Counted from the stretch's first letter, positions 9,372 to 18,786 are shown. The stretch is DNA of 64,000 bases from Burkholderiales bacterium (GCA_031359975.1 JANMAS010000499.1:3149-67148), one strand, 5' to 3'. A program made the numbers and translations. The notes: generated by a model from the letters alone, not told the origin.

Positions 9372-10262
9372 CTACGTCAAAGATGTCGCGCGTTGACGCC
9401 GTCGAAACTCTGCCGGGGTGCCATCCACCTCGCGCCTGAAAAACTTGCTGAAGTTGGTGGCCTCGTCGAAGCCCAGCTTCTCGGCGATGGTGGCGACCGA
9501 CAAGTCCGTATGCACCAGCAAGCGCTTGGCTTCCAGAACGATCCGCGCCGCAATGAAGGCTTTGGCCGTCACGCCCATGGATGCCGTCACGGCGCGCGCC
9601 AGACTCTTCTCGCTGTAGCCGAGTTGGTCGGCATAGTCGGCCACCTGATGCCACTGTGCGAAGCGGTCCTCCACAAGCTGCTGGAACCGCTTGAAGCGCT
9701 GCAGCGCCGGAGAGATCACCGGCTCTTGGGCTTGCTGCCGGCCTTGCAGCATGCTCAGGCGAGTCAGCAGTGCATGGAGCTGGTGGCGCAGCAGTGCGTT
9801 CAGATCGTCAAGCGGGGCTGCGAGTTGCGTGTCCTGGCGCATCTGCTCGATCGAGCCCGTCACTGTCCGCAGTTCATTGCCGGCTAATTCGACATGCTCC
9901 GGCAGCTTCTCCAGATCGAGCGCGAGCTTGAGGATGCGCGGTGCGGTGGATGCGGGCAGGACGAATTCGGGGCGAAACAGAACGACCCAGCCATCCCAGT
10001 CCTCGTCGCGCCCGAAGTTGTGGGCTTGCCCCGGTCGCATCACGAGCAACGATCCCGGCGCACACCGGATTGGCTTGAAATCAACCACCTGGGTGCACAC
10101 GCCCTGCGTGACGCAGACCAGCAGGTGGAATTCGTAGCGATGTGTTGTCCGCACCTTCTCCTTGCTACCCCGCTGCCTCAGATCGGCGACGGTGAAGGCT
10201 TCGAGATCGAGCTGGTAGCTTGCTCGCAGTCCGTATCGCATGCGCTGGATATCCGTGCTCAC
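9372..10262 (-). CDS. AraC-family transcriptional regulator
   Basis: 296-aa ORF with a C-terminal double HTH (ADYADQLGYSEKSLARAV...IAEKLGFDEATNFSKFFRR). Confidence 0.8.
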   Translation of the reverse strand: MSTDIQRMRYGLRASYQLDLEAFTVADLRQRGSKEKVRTTHRYEFHLLVCVTQGVCTQVVDFKPIRCAPGSLLVMRPGQAHNFGRDEDWDGWVVLFRPEFVLPASTAPRILKLALDLEKLPEHVELAGNELRTVTGSIEQMRQDTQLAAPLDDLNALLRHQLHALLTRLSMLQGRQQAQEPVISPALQRFKRFQQLVEDRFAQWHQVADYADQLGYSEKSLARAVTASMGVTAKAFIAARIVLEAKRLLVHTDLSVATIAEKLGFDEATNFSKFFRREVDGTPAEFRRRQRATSLT

Positions 10263-10563
10263 CGCTGGCTTCCTGCTGCAGGCTGTGCCGCCGCCCTGGA
10301 CACCCGTTGGAGCTTTGCTACGAATGTCCTTAAAGTATCAATCATCGTCCAGTAAAGACCTGTAGTTTTCAGTCATAGGTGTCCAATAATAACCATAACC
10401 AAGCCAGCTCTAAAGGACAAACAATGAAGACGGCAGACGCCAGCAGGATCACCTGTCCAGGCCCGCTCGGCGTTCTCTTTCTCAGCGCAGCCTTGCCGCG
10501 GGCAGCACCCCTGCACTGGCGCAGCCATCTTCTTCCACAACCGCATCAACACAGCAGCGCACC

Positions 10564-10953
10564 ATGAACAACATCGACATCGCCAAGACCTACATCAAGG
10601 CCGTGCAAACCGGCGACCAAGCCACGCTCGGCAGCCTCATTTCGCCCGACGTGATCTGGCACCAACCGGGCAACCACCAGTTCTCCGGTACGCATCGGGG
10701 CATGGCCCTTGTCGGCTCGATGCTGGGCAAGATGATGGAAGTCTCCAAAGGCACGTTCGCAATCACCTGCGCCGACCACTACATGGCCAGCGGCGATTGG
10801 GTGGCCATCACGCTGGAATTCGCTGGCGAGGCCAACGGCATCAAGCTCAAGCAACCGGGCGTGGACCTCCTCCGCATCGAAGGCGGCAAGATTGTCGAAG
10901 TCCGGCTGTTCTCCAGTGATCAGGCACAAGAAGATTTGTTGTGGGGCCGCTGA
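10564..10953 (+). CDS. SnoaL-like / NTF2-fold protein
   Basis: 129 aa. The sequence AKTYIKAVQTGDQATLGSLISPDVIWHQPG is typical of SnoaL-like polyketide-cyclase-fold proteins. The N-terminal boundary is ambiguous (see findings). Confidence 0.7.
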   Translation: MNNIDIAKTYIKAVQTGDQATLGSLISPDVIWHQPGNHQFSGTHRGMALVGSMLGKMMEVSKGTFAITCADHYMASGDWVAITLEFAGEANGIKLKQPGVDLLRIEGGKIVEVRLFSSDQAQEDLLWGR

Positions 10954-11229
10954 ATCGCACCGATTTTCGAGGAGGCCGGTTCGTGTGAGTCAAACCAGAT
11001 CGTAGTCGCGCGTCGCTGGCCGCCTGCACTTGAAGATCTGATCCCGTGTGCCATCGACGGTCGGACAGCGGATTGCTTCAGCGCCAGGAGTCTGGGCGGC
11101 AGACGGTTTGTAGCCGCCTGAAGGACCGGGCAGAGGGTCGGAGCCGACTTGGTCTTCCTTCGTTTGAGTCTGGTCATGCGTGCACCACCCCTGGTGGCGC
11201 ACCGCTTGATGCAAGTCGCTATGAGGAGA

Positions 11230-12120
11230 TCACCACTTCATCTCGCCCTTGTTCACCTTGGCGCCGATGTCCAGCGCGATGCCGAGGCCCGCATCGGGGT
11301 AGGCCTTCTTCATCGCTTCGATCAGGGCGCCGCTGGTGGCGGCCTTGGGCAGTTCCTGCTCGTAGCGCGTCAGGTAGGCTTGGCTCCACGCGAGCTGCGA
11401 CGCGTCGTGCTTCTGGCTCGGCTGGCTGTGGCCCGGGATCACGGTCACGGGTTGCAGCGCGGCTATGGTGCCGAGCTTCTTCGCCCAGTCGGCGCGCTCC
11501 TGCACGCTTTGCGCATCGGCGGTCCACAGGTGCAGCCCGGCGTACACGTTCACGCCGCCGGCAATCGTCTTGATCGACGGGATCCACACGTAGCTGCGGT
11601 GCGGCTGGCTGTCGTCCAGCCCGCGGATCTCCAGGGTCTGGTCTTCGAGCGTGATCGTATTGCCCGCCAGCACCTCGGGCAGCGGCACACTCCTCGGTGC
11701 GTTGGCGCCCATGCGCGGACCCCAGACCTGCAGCTTGGTCGCCAGCGTCGCCTCGATCTTCTTCAGCGTAGGCGCCGTGGTCACGACCTTGGCATCGGGG
11801 AAGTACTGTTTTATCACCTCGATGCCGAAGTAGTAGTCGGGATCGGCCTGGCTGATGTAGACCGTCTTCAGCGTCTTCTTGCTGTCCAGCACCATCGCGG
11901 CAATGCGCAGCGCATCGGCACGCGTGAAGCCGGTGTCCAGCAGAACCGCGTCGGTCTTGCCGGCCACCAGCACAGCGTTGACGTGGAAGCTCGCGGCGTC
12001 CGCGTTGTAGACCTGCACGGTCAGCGGCGGGGCCGACTGCGCTGCCGCGTCGGTCGCGACGATGCCCAGCGTCATGGCTGCGGGCAAGAGGGCCAGGGAC
12101 AAGGTCTTGAAGGTCTTCAT
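11230..12120 (-). CDS. MBL-fold metallo-hydrolase, secreted
   Basis: The ATG at 12120 gives a signal peptide (MKTFKTLSLALLPAAMTLG...AAAQSA). The MBL-fold beginning reads NAVLVAGKTDAVLLDTGF. Confidence 0.8.
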   Translation of the reverse strand: MKTFKTLSLALLPAAMTLGIVATDAAAQSAPPLTVQVYNADAASFHVNAVLVAGKTDAVLLDTGFTRADALRIAAMVLDSKKTLKTVYISQADPDYYFGIEVIKQYFPDAKVVTTAPTLKKIEATLATKLQVWGPRMGANAPRSVPLPEVLAGNTITLEDQTLEIRGLDDSQPHRSYVWIPSIKTIAGGVNVYAGLHLWTADAQSVQERADWAKKLGTIAALQPVTVIPGHSQPSQKHDASQLAWSQAYLTRYEQELPKAATSGALIEAMKKAYPDAGLGIALDIGAKVNKGEMKW

Positions 12121-12226
12121 CGGGTGCTCCATCGGGGCGGTTGTCGATGGGCAGACTCTATTGAATCGAAGTAATTCGATAAACTCCGTTTAAATCAAGG
12201 GATTGTCAACCTGATCGATTCAATCC

Positions 12227-13180
12227 ATGGACCATCTCAGTGCCATCCGCACCTTCATCGAGATCGCTGATCAGGGCAGCCTGACACGCGCCGCCGACAC
12301 GCTGGACCTGTCGCGTGCCATGGTCAGCCGCCATCTGGAAGCTCTGGAGCGGTGGCTGGGTGCGCGGCTGCTGCATCGCACGACGCGCCGCGTGAGTCTG
12401 AGCGAGGCCGGCCTGGAGGCGCTGCCCCGCCTGCGCCAGATGCTCGAGCTGGCCGCCGACCTGCAGGCGGTGTCGGGTGCGCGCCGGGCCGAGCCCACGG
12501 GCAAGCTGCGCATCACCACCAGCCTGTCGTTCGCAATCTCGTGCCTCACCCAAGCCATCGTGGATTTTCAGGGTCGGCACCCGCGCATCGAGGTTGAACT
12601 CTTGACCGTGGACCGAGCGGTCGACCTGGTCGGCGAACGCATCGACCTCGCCGTTCGCATCACCAATCGCCTGGACGACGGCCTGGTGGCACGCCGGCTC
12701 GCGAGTTGCCGTTCGATTCTCTGCGCGTCACCGGCCTACCTGAAGCTACATGGCTGCCCGCAGCGACCAGAAGACCTCAAGGCTCACAACTGCATCACGC
12801 ACGCCTTCGGCAGCCGCGCCGAGTACCGCCTTGGTCAAGCCGGCCGATTGACGACCCTGGGCGTCACAGGCTCATTGTCAGGCAACGAAACCGCGGTACT
12901 TCGGCAGGCAGCGCTGGCCGGCGCCGGCATCGCGATGCTGCCGACCTACTTCGTCGGCGACGAACTCGACCGGGGCACGCTGGCGCGCGTACTGCCGGAC
13001 TACGAGCCCGAGCCGCTGGGCATCCACGCTGTGTACCTGTCGCGCCAACACCAGCCGCTGCCACTCAAGCTGCTGATTGAGTTTCTGAGCGAAAGCTTCG
13101 GTGGCGACGTCGCGCCGTGGGATCGGCAAGCAACTGGCCTACCAAAGCGGCGTGGGCCTGGCCGGAAAAGCCTTCGCTGA
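12227..13180 (+). CDS. LysR-family transcriptional regulator
   Basis: N-terminal wHTH (MDHLSAIRTFIEIADQGSLTRAADTLDLSRAMVSRHLEALE) plus a LysR substrate domain. It is divergent from the MBL hydrolase. Confidence 0.85.
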   Translation: MDHLSAIRTFIEIADQGSLTRAADTLDLSRAMVSRHLEALERWLGARLLHRTTRRVSLSEAGLEALPRLRQMLELAADLQAVSGARRAEPTGKLRITTSLSFAISCLTQAIVDFQGRHPRIEVELLTVDRAVDLVGERIDLAVRITNRLDDGLVARRLASCRSILCASPAYLKLHGCPQRPEDLKAHNCITHAFGSRAEYRLGQAGRLTTLGVTGSLSGNETAVLRQAALAGAGIAMLPTYFVGDELDRGTLARVLPDYEPEPLGIHAVYLSRQHQPLPLKLLIEFLSESFGGDVAPWDRQATGLPKRRGPGRKSLR

Positions 13181-13273
13181 CTCGCGGTGCCCCGCTGGCT
13201 TTGGGTGTCCCGCAGCACGATCCGGCCCCCTTGACGATCAACATCCCGGACGACGATAGGCGGATATCCATCT

Positions 13274-13585
13274 CTACAGCTCGCCATCGGCGAACTTCTT
13301 GCCGGACGAGGATGTCTTGCCAGGCTCAAGCATCGCGAGATAGTCCGCCCGCGTGCGTGCCTTCGGCGGCAATCCGTCCTTCGCCCGCCGCTTCTTCTGC
13401 ACGTACTCGCACAACGCCTTCGCGAGCGTCAAGCCGTCCTCACGCTCAGTCACTTCGCGCGCTGCAGCTTCGGCGCGCAGGCGAGCCTCTTCTTGAGAGG
13501 GCCAGTCCACGCCGTCACGCGCATGCGCCCGGATGCGCCCGGATGCGCCCGGATGCGCCAGTTCACCCCCCAATCCCGCTTGCAT
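13274..13585 (-). pseudogene. Possible remnant of a tyrosine-integrase N-terminal region
   Basis: The short ORF tail ...LTLAKALCEYVQKKRRAKDGLPPKARTRADYLAMLEPGK...FADGEL resembles integrase N-terminal (SAM-like) segments. No catalytic domain follows, and a 10-bp tandem repeat lies inside it. Weak call. Confidence 0.3.
13521..13560. repeat. 10-bp tandem repeat (GGATGCGCCC), about 4 copies
   Basis: Read directly as gcatgcgccc ggatgcgccc ggatgcgccc ggatgcgcca. Two copies are perfect and two have one mismatch. Confidence 0.85.
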
Positions 13586-13704
13586 CGAATTTGGTTCTCG
13601 AATTCGCTAGCGATCGCGCGAATGCAACACACCTACGGCGCTATGGCAACGCTGAAGGTGATGTGCATCTTGCCTGCGGGAAAAGGGACGGATCGCGAAG
13701 TGCC

Positions 13705-13980
13705 TCAGCCGAGGGTTCGGCCAAGCACCTTCTGCAATTCCTTGAACTGGGCCGGGGTCAGCATGCCGCCCTTGGCCTTCACCTCGTCGGCCTTCATGTC
13801 CCAGATCTTTCCTGCCTTCTCAAGGTATTCCTCCTTCGAGAGCATGCCGTCCTTGTTGGCGTCCATCTCCTTCATCATCATCAGGCGCGAATAGATGTCG
13901 CCTTCAGCATGGGCGACCGTGACGGTCATGATGAAAGTGGCGGCGAGGGCGACGGTACGGGCAATTGAACGAATCTGCAT
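13705..13980 (-). CDS. Secreted EF-hand calcium-binding protein
   Basis: The ATG at 13980 gives a signal peptide (MQIRSIARTVALAATFIMTVTVAHA). An EF-hand loop DANKDGMLSKEE follows. 91 aa. Confidence 0.7.
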   Translation of the reverse strand: MQIRSIARTVALAATFIMTVTVAHAEGDIYSRLMMMKEMDANKDGMLSKEEYLEKAGKIWDMKADEVKAKGGMLTPAQFKELQKVLGRTLG

Positions 13981-14104
13981 GGTGGTCTCCGTTGGTAGAC
14001 GCCGGCACATGTCGGCGTTGTGATGTGTCGGATGTGCCGCCCCTGTTCTTACACCTGGATAACCCTCGGAGCAACTGGCGCGCCTTGTCGCAGGCGCCGT
14101 TGCG

Positions 14105-14302
14105 CTACGCGCCAGGCGGCGGCTCCTTGTCCATTTCCTTGACCGCCCGCCGCAGAAACTTCATCTGCTCGTCCACCGTGCGGCAGGTCTGGCAAATGAC
14201 GAAGTGATAACGCAACCTGGCGCGCTCCGGCGCCGGCATGGTCTGGTCAAGCCCTTCGCTGATGAGCCTCGACACTTCCTTGCAATCCAGCCCGACCTTC
14301 AC
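14105..14302 (-). CDS. Zinc-finger (zf-HC2) anti-sigma factor, short soluble form
   Basis: The GTG start at 14302 overlaps the sigma-factor stop (GTGA). The H-x3-C-x2-C motif is HFVICQTC. 65 aa with no TM segment. Confidence 0.7.
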   Translation of the reverse strand: MKVGLDCKEVSRLISEGLDQTMPAPERARLRYHFVICQTCRTVDEQMKFLRRAVKEMDKEPPPGA

Positions 14303-14856
14303 CGCTGCCCCGCAAACCAGTTGCGGTCCAGGCAGTCGCGCAGCCGCATGCGCGCGCGGTAGAGCATCACGCCGCAGTTGCTGGAGGTGATGCCCAGCTC
14401 GGCGCAGATGTCGTCCACTTCTTTGTCCAGCCACTCGCGCATCATGAACACCCGCCCGACCTTGGCAGGCAGTCGGTCCACGCAGGTCTGCAAGGCCTCG
14501 AAGAACTGACGCTGCTCGAGCGACTTTTCGGGCTGCTGCCAGGCCGGCGGCGGTTCCTGCCAGTGGCCGTCCGTGGTGAAGAGTGCATCCATGGCGTCGT
14601 CCTGGCTCTGTTCGTCGAGCGGCTCGATGTGCACCTCGCGTCCGCGCTTGCGGATCACGTCGATGATCTTGAACTTGAGAATGCCGGTGGCATAGGTGCG
14701 CAGCGAACTGCGGCCCTCGAAACTGTCCGGCTTCTCCAGGATGGCCAGGAAGGTCTCGGAGACCACGTCCTCGGCGATGCTCTCGTTACGCAGTTGCATC
14801 ATGGCAAAGCGCAGCAACGGCTGGTGCAATTGGGCGAGTTCAACTTCGATGCTCAT
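14299..14856 (-). CDS. ECF-type RNA polymerase sigma-70 family factor
   Basis: 185 aa. Region 2 reads LLRFAMMQLRNESIAEDVVSETFLAI and region 4 reads VFMMREWLDKEVDDICAELGITSSNCGVMLYRARMRLR. Confidence 0.9.
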   Translation of the reverse strand: MSIEVELAQLHQPLLRFAMMQLRNESIAEDVVSETFLAILEKPDSFEGRSSLRTYATGILKFKIIDVIRKRGREVHIEPLDEQSQDDAMDALFTTDGHWQEPPPAWQQPEKSLEQRQFFEALQTCVDRLPAKVGRVFMMREWLDKEVDDICAELGITSSNCGVMLYRARMRLRDCLDRNWFAGQR

Positions 14857-15063
14857 GCGGCGAGGTTACTTCATGTGCCCTGCCGAGAGTCGGCGGGCTG
14901 CGGTCAACCGCACCCTTGCGGGTGCTCACACGGGTCAGTCGGCTTCGCGGCGGCCGCCGTACAGCCACGGCCTGAACCGGCACCTGATCTTCATGGCCGC
15001 CTGGGCGCGGGAGCCCAAGGCGCCTGCGCGGTGGGCCTCGTGTTGTGGTAATCCAGCGGACCC

Positions 15064-16827
15064 TTGATGCGACTGAGCCGAACCCGCGCCAACCGAAATG
15101 CAAACCACATCATGTTCCTACCTAAACTGATCGTCCGGACGCGCGACTGCAGCCGCAGTGGCGTGCCGGTGGCCCGGCTTGTGGCTTGCCTGGCGGGCCT
15201 TCTGATCCTCGGCGGCTGCACCAGCCTGCCCAAGCTCGACCCGCGGCCCCCCGCGAGCCACGCATTGCCGATATCGCCACAGACGCCCCTGGGCCGGCTC
15301 GCGCTGGCCTCCATGCACGCGCTGGCTGCCGATGGTGCCCACGCCCAGGTTCCTGCAACCCCGCACCTGGCGCGTCCGATGCCTGACGGCAGCGCACAAG
15401 GCCTCAGCGGCTTCCGGCTGCTTCCCCTGGGCACCCATTCACTCGACGCGCGCCTTCAGCTGGTGCAGCGCGCACAGGCCAGTCTCGACCTGCAGTACTA
15501 CCACTTCGCGGGCGACAGCACCGGCCGTGCGCTGCTGCGCGCACTGCGCGATGCGGCGGCGAGGGGCGTGCGCGTGCGCGTACTGATCGACGACCTGTAC
15601 ACCGGCGGCGCCGATGCCCTGTGGCTGGGCTTTGCAGCGCACGAAGGGGTGCAAGTGCGTCTGTTCAACCCCTTCACCAGCGCCCGTGGCAGCGGTCCGC
15701 TGGGTCGCTTCGCGGCAGCGCCCTGGGACTGGGGCCGCATCAACCACCGCATGCACAACAAGCTCTTCACTGCCGACGGCGCCTGGGCGCTGTTCGGCGG
15801 CCGCAACATCGCCGACATTTACTACCTGAAGCTGGAAACAGACAACTTCATCGACATCGACGTGCTCGCCGCCGGTGCTGTGTTGCCCGCCATGCAGGCC
15901 GAGTTCGACCGCTACTGGAACGCGCCCACGGCGTATCCGCTGGCCAGCGTCGTGGAGGCCGCGTCCGGCGTCGCGGGCGAGGCATTGGCTTTGCGTGCCG
16001 AATTCGATCGCCTGACCCAGCCCGACCGAGCAGAGCTGAGCATGCCCACGCAACTGGCCCCCAAGGACGTTCTCGGCCAGCCGCCGGTAGGGCGCCAATT
16101 GGACGAACCCCGCATCGCGCTTCTGGGCGGCCGCGCCCAGGTGCTGGCCGACCAACCCGAAAAGCCCTACCAGGGCGCGCCTGGGGGCGAGCTGATGAAC
16201 AGCAGCGTCACCTACGGCGTTTACCAGGCCATGATGCAGGCGCAGCGCGAAGTGCTCGCCTCGTCGCCTTACTTTGTACCCGGGCGCGGTGGGCTGGCAT
16301 TGCTGACGGCGCTGCGCGACCGTGGCGTTCAAATCAGGGTGCTCACCAACTCGTTGGCATCGACGGACGAGCCCTTGGTGCACCTGGTTTACGCGCGCTA
16401 CCGCGAAGCCCTGCTGGGCGCCGGTGTGCAGCTGTTCGAACTCAGCCAGCAGCGGGTGAAGGACAACATGCGCATGTTCCTGTTCGGCGCGGCGCTGGGC
16501 CGGTTGCACGCCAAGACCGTGGTCGTGGACGAGCGCCTGGCCTACATCGGCTCGATGAATCTCGACCCGCGTTCGGCAACCTTGAACACCGAATTCGGCG
16601 CTCTCATCGACAGCCCGGCACTGGCCACGCAGTTGAAGACCCTGATCGACATCGACCGCCTGCACAGCGCCTATGCGCTGCGCCTGGCGCCCGATAGCGG
16701 TTGCTGTGAGTGGATCATCCCCGACAGCGACGGCCGCATGGTGCTGGACCTGGAGCCCGACTCGAGCTGGTGGATGCGCTGGCTGGGCAGCCTGTTGCAG
16801 CCGCTGGCCCCAGAAGACCACCTGTAG
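15064..16827 (+). CDS. Phospholipase D / cardiolipin-synthase-like family lipoprotein (two HKD motifs)
   Basis: HKD motifs are HRMHNKLFTADGAWALFGGRNI and RLHAKTVVVDERLAYIGSMNLDPRS. A lipobox-like LLILGGC is present. The exact start is uncertain. Confidence 0.85.
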   Translation: MMRLSRTRANRNANHIMFLPKLIVRTRDCSRSGVPVARLVACLAGLLILGGCTSLPKLDPRPPASHALPISPQTPLGRLALASMHALAADGAHAQVPATPHLARPMPDGSAQGLSGFRLLPLGTHSLDARLQLVQRAQASLDLQYYHFAGDSTGRALLRALRDAAARGVRVRVLIDDLYTGGADALWLGFAAHEGVQVRLFNPFTSARGSGPLGRFAAAPWDWGRINHRMHNKLFTADGAWALFGGRNIADIYYLKLETDNFIDIDVLAAGAVLPAMQAEFDRYWNAPTAYPLASVVEAASGVAGEALALRAEFDRLTQPDRAELSMPTQLAPKDVLGQPPVGRQLDEPRIALLGGRAQVLADQPEKPYQGAPGGELMNSSVTYGVYQAMMQAQREVLASSPYFVPGRGGLALLTALRDRGVQIRVLTNSLASTDEPLVHLVYARYREALLGAGVQLFELSQQRVKDNMRMFLFGAALGRLHAKTVVVDERLAYIGSMNLDPRSATLNTEFGALIDSPALATQLKTLIDIDRLHSAYALRLAPDSGCCEWIIPDSDGRMVLDLEPDSSWWMRWLGSLLQPLAPEDHL

Positions 16828-16935
16828 CCGGCCCGCACGGGCTTGCGGCGGATCATGTAATTTGCCAGGAGGCAAATCGACTGAATTGAAGGCCAGGAAA
16901 CCTCCGGCCTTTCTGCAACCCCCATCGGAGCCATC

Positions 16936-17352
16936 ATGATGAATCTCAGCCTCACCCGTTCCATCGCCGCCGCCAGCCTTGTGATCGGTTTGTCAGCATT
17001 GTTCGCGGGCCCGGTCCAGGCCCAGGGTGCTACACGCGCCCAAGTCAAGATGGATCGCGACGCGTTTCTGTCCATGGCGCGTTGGGACGAAAGCGCCGGC
17101 AACTGGGTCCTCAAAGACAACATGGCCATGCCGGAGGGCGTTGCCTCGCGCGCCGAAGTCAAGGCGATGCGCGACAAGTTCCTGAGCATGAACAGGTGGA
17201 ACGAGGCGACATCGACCTGGGTCCCGCTGGGGGGTGCTCCCCGTGACATGAGCAAGCTCACGCGCGCGGAGGTGGAGGCCGAGACCATCATGTTCCTGAA
17301 GACGCACCGATTCGACGAATCCACCTCGACGTGGGCACGCAAGGGCGGTTGA
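16936..17352 (+). CDS. Secreted DUF4148-like protein with three internal repeats
   Basis: A signal peptide is followed by three units of about 40 aa: TRAQVKMDRDAFLSMARWDESAGNWV, SRAEVKAMRDKFLSMNRWNEATSTWV and TRAEVEAETIMFLKTHRFDESTSTWA. Confidence 0.7.
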   Translation: MMNLSLTRSIAAASLVIGLSALFAGPVQAQGATRAQVKMDRDAFLSMARWDESAGNWVLKDNMAMPEGVASRAEVKAMRDKFLSMNRWNEATSTWVPLGGAPRDMSKLTRAEVEAETIMFLKTHRFDESTSTWARKGG

Positions 17353-17551
17353 TTCCTGACGAGATCTCTCAAGGGCAGCCATCCGCTGTCTTTGAGCGCC
17401 ACGCCCGGCACGCCGCCGGGCATGGCTGCGGGCCGTGTTCTCACGCAGCCGCTGCGCGATGGCCGGTCCGACGCGGCCCCTGCCCAGCACCGCCACCGCG
17501 CTATCGGCCACGCCACGGCCATACCAGCAGCGGCAGCCAGGTCAGGGCCGT

Positions 17552-18535
17552 TCAGGCGCTTCTGGCATCCCTGGTTGTCTGAGGCCTCAAGTAGCGGTGG
17601 ATGAGCATGGCGGCGGTAATCGCCGCGAACATGCTCATGAACGCCAACCAGGCGTAGGGGCGCAAAAGCGGAATGCCGATCAAAATCAAGCCGTCGTTCG
17701 AGCCGGGGATCAGCAGGCTGCCCCAGCCCATCACGACGCCGCCTGCGAAGCACCGAAGCACTTGCACAACCGACACGCGTGTGGACTGCCAGCGCCCCGC
17801 CATGAGGCCGCCGAGCAAAGCACCGGTGTACAGCGCAGTCAACAGCAGTATCGGCAAGAGCAAGCTGACCGACCCGGCGTCCATGGCCCGCGCCAGATCG
17901 GCCAGCACATCGGTGTACGCCCAGCGGCCGGCCAGCAGGAATGTCACGACGAAGCTCACGCCAATGACCACTGTGGCGGCGTGGGGCGACCAGATCTTCT
18001 GGCGCAACCGGATGGCGCGATCAGGCCCCCGCAACGACTGCAGGCCGGGGCGCAGACGCCAAAGTACGAAGGCCACGAAAATCACTGCGAACAGGGTCGC
18101 CACATGGAACAGCGGTGAAGCCTCCGAGAGCGTGCTGACTGCCGGCCGCGAGAACAGCGGCATCACGCTCAGGCAGCCGATGAAGAAGCCGGCCGGCGTG
18201 GCCGCATAGGCCCACTCGCCAGAACCGAGGCGCGCCACGGCACCAAAGACGCAAGCCTTGTTGACCCAAGCTCCCAGACCCAGCAAGGCGCCACCGATGA
18301 CGGTCCAGACGCTGACCGCGTAGCCGGCCGGCATGCTACCCGCCAGGTGTGCCAGCTGCGCGAGCGCCAACCCACCAGCGACCCACACCGAGGCTTCCAG
18401 CATCGCCACCAACCGGTGCGCGCGGCGCTTGGTCAGCAATTCGTCGACGGCCGCCACGGTGCAGGTGGCGCCACGCTGGATCGCAAAGCCCATCACCCCC
18501 ACGCACAGGATCGCTGCCAGCCACGCCGTGGTCAT
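17552..18535 (-). CDS. YeeE/YedE-family membrane protein (putative thiosulfate/sulfur-compound transporter)
   Basis: 327-aa polytopic ORF. The family signature GFAIQRGATCTVAAV lies near the N-terminus. Confidence 0.8.
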   Translation of the reverse strand: MTTAWLAAILCVGVMGFAIQRGATCTVAAVDELLTKRRAHRLVAMLEASVWVAGGLALAQLAHLAGSMPAGYAVSVWTVIGGALLGLGAWVNKACVFGAVARLGSGEWAYAATPAGFFIGCLSVMPLFSRPAVSTLSEASPLFHVATLFAVIFVAFVLWRLRPGLQSLRGPDRAIRLRQKIWSPHAATVVIGVSFVVTFLLAGRWAYTDVLADLARAMDAGSVSLLLPILLLTALYTGALLGGLMAGRWQSTRVSVVQVLRCFAGGVVMGWGSLLIPGSNDGLILIGIPLLRPYAWLAFMSMFAAITAAMLIHRYLRPQTTRDARSA

Positions 18536-18786
18536 TTCCGTACTCCCGCACCGGCGCCGCGGCGCATGCTGGCTTCGTGCATGGCGTGATTGGCGCTTGT
18601 TTCGCCGGTATGGCGGCGCAGGAAGCCGCCGGCGAGATCGAAAACACAGCTACGGATCAACGGCCGGCGCGCTGCTCCGAACGCATCCTGAATGAGGTGG
18701 GTCTTGCCCAGGTTGGCGACGTGCTCGCTGTATTTGCAAGACCCCCGCCGCGTCCTGCCGATGACGATCGCGTCGCACTTGCTCAT
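18532..18786 (-). CDS. Hypothetical 84-aa protein, translationally coupled to the YeeE-like gene
   Basis: The ATG at 18786 is preceded by GAGGAG. Its stop overlaps the yeeE-like start (ATGA at 18532-18535). No family was recognised. Confidence 0.45.
   Translation of the reverse strand: MSKCDAIVIGRTRRGSCKYSEHVANLGKTHLIQDAFGAARRPLIRSCVFDLAGGFLRRHTGETSANHAMHEASMRRGAGAGVRK

Noticed and set aside
10990-11214. 74-aa minus-strand ORF between the SnoaL-like and MBL genes
   Set aside because: It has no RBS, no family resemblance and overlaps other equally unconvincing ORFs, so support is insufficient.
15439-16875. 478-aa minus-strand ORF opposite the phospholipase D gene
   Set aside because: The plus-strand frame carries both HKD motifs. 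The minus-strand frame has no motifs and typical shadow-ORF composition.
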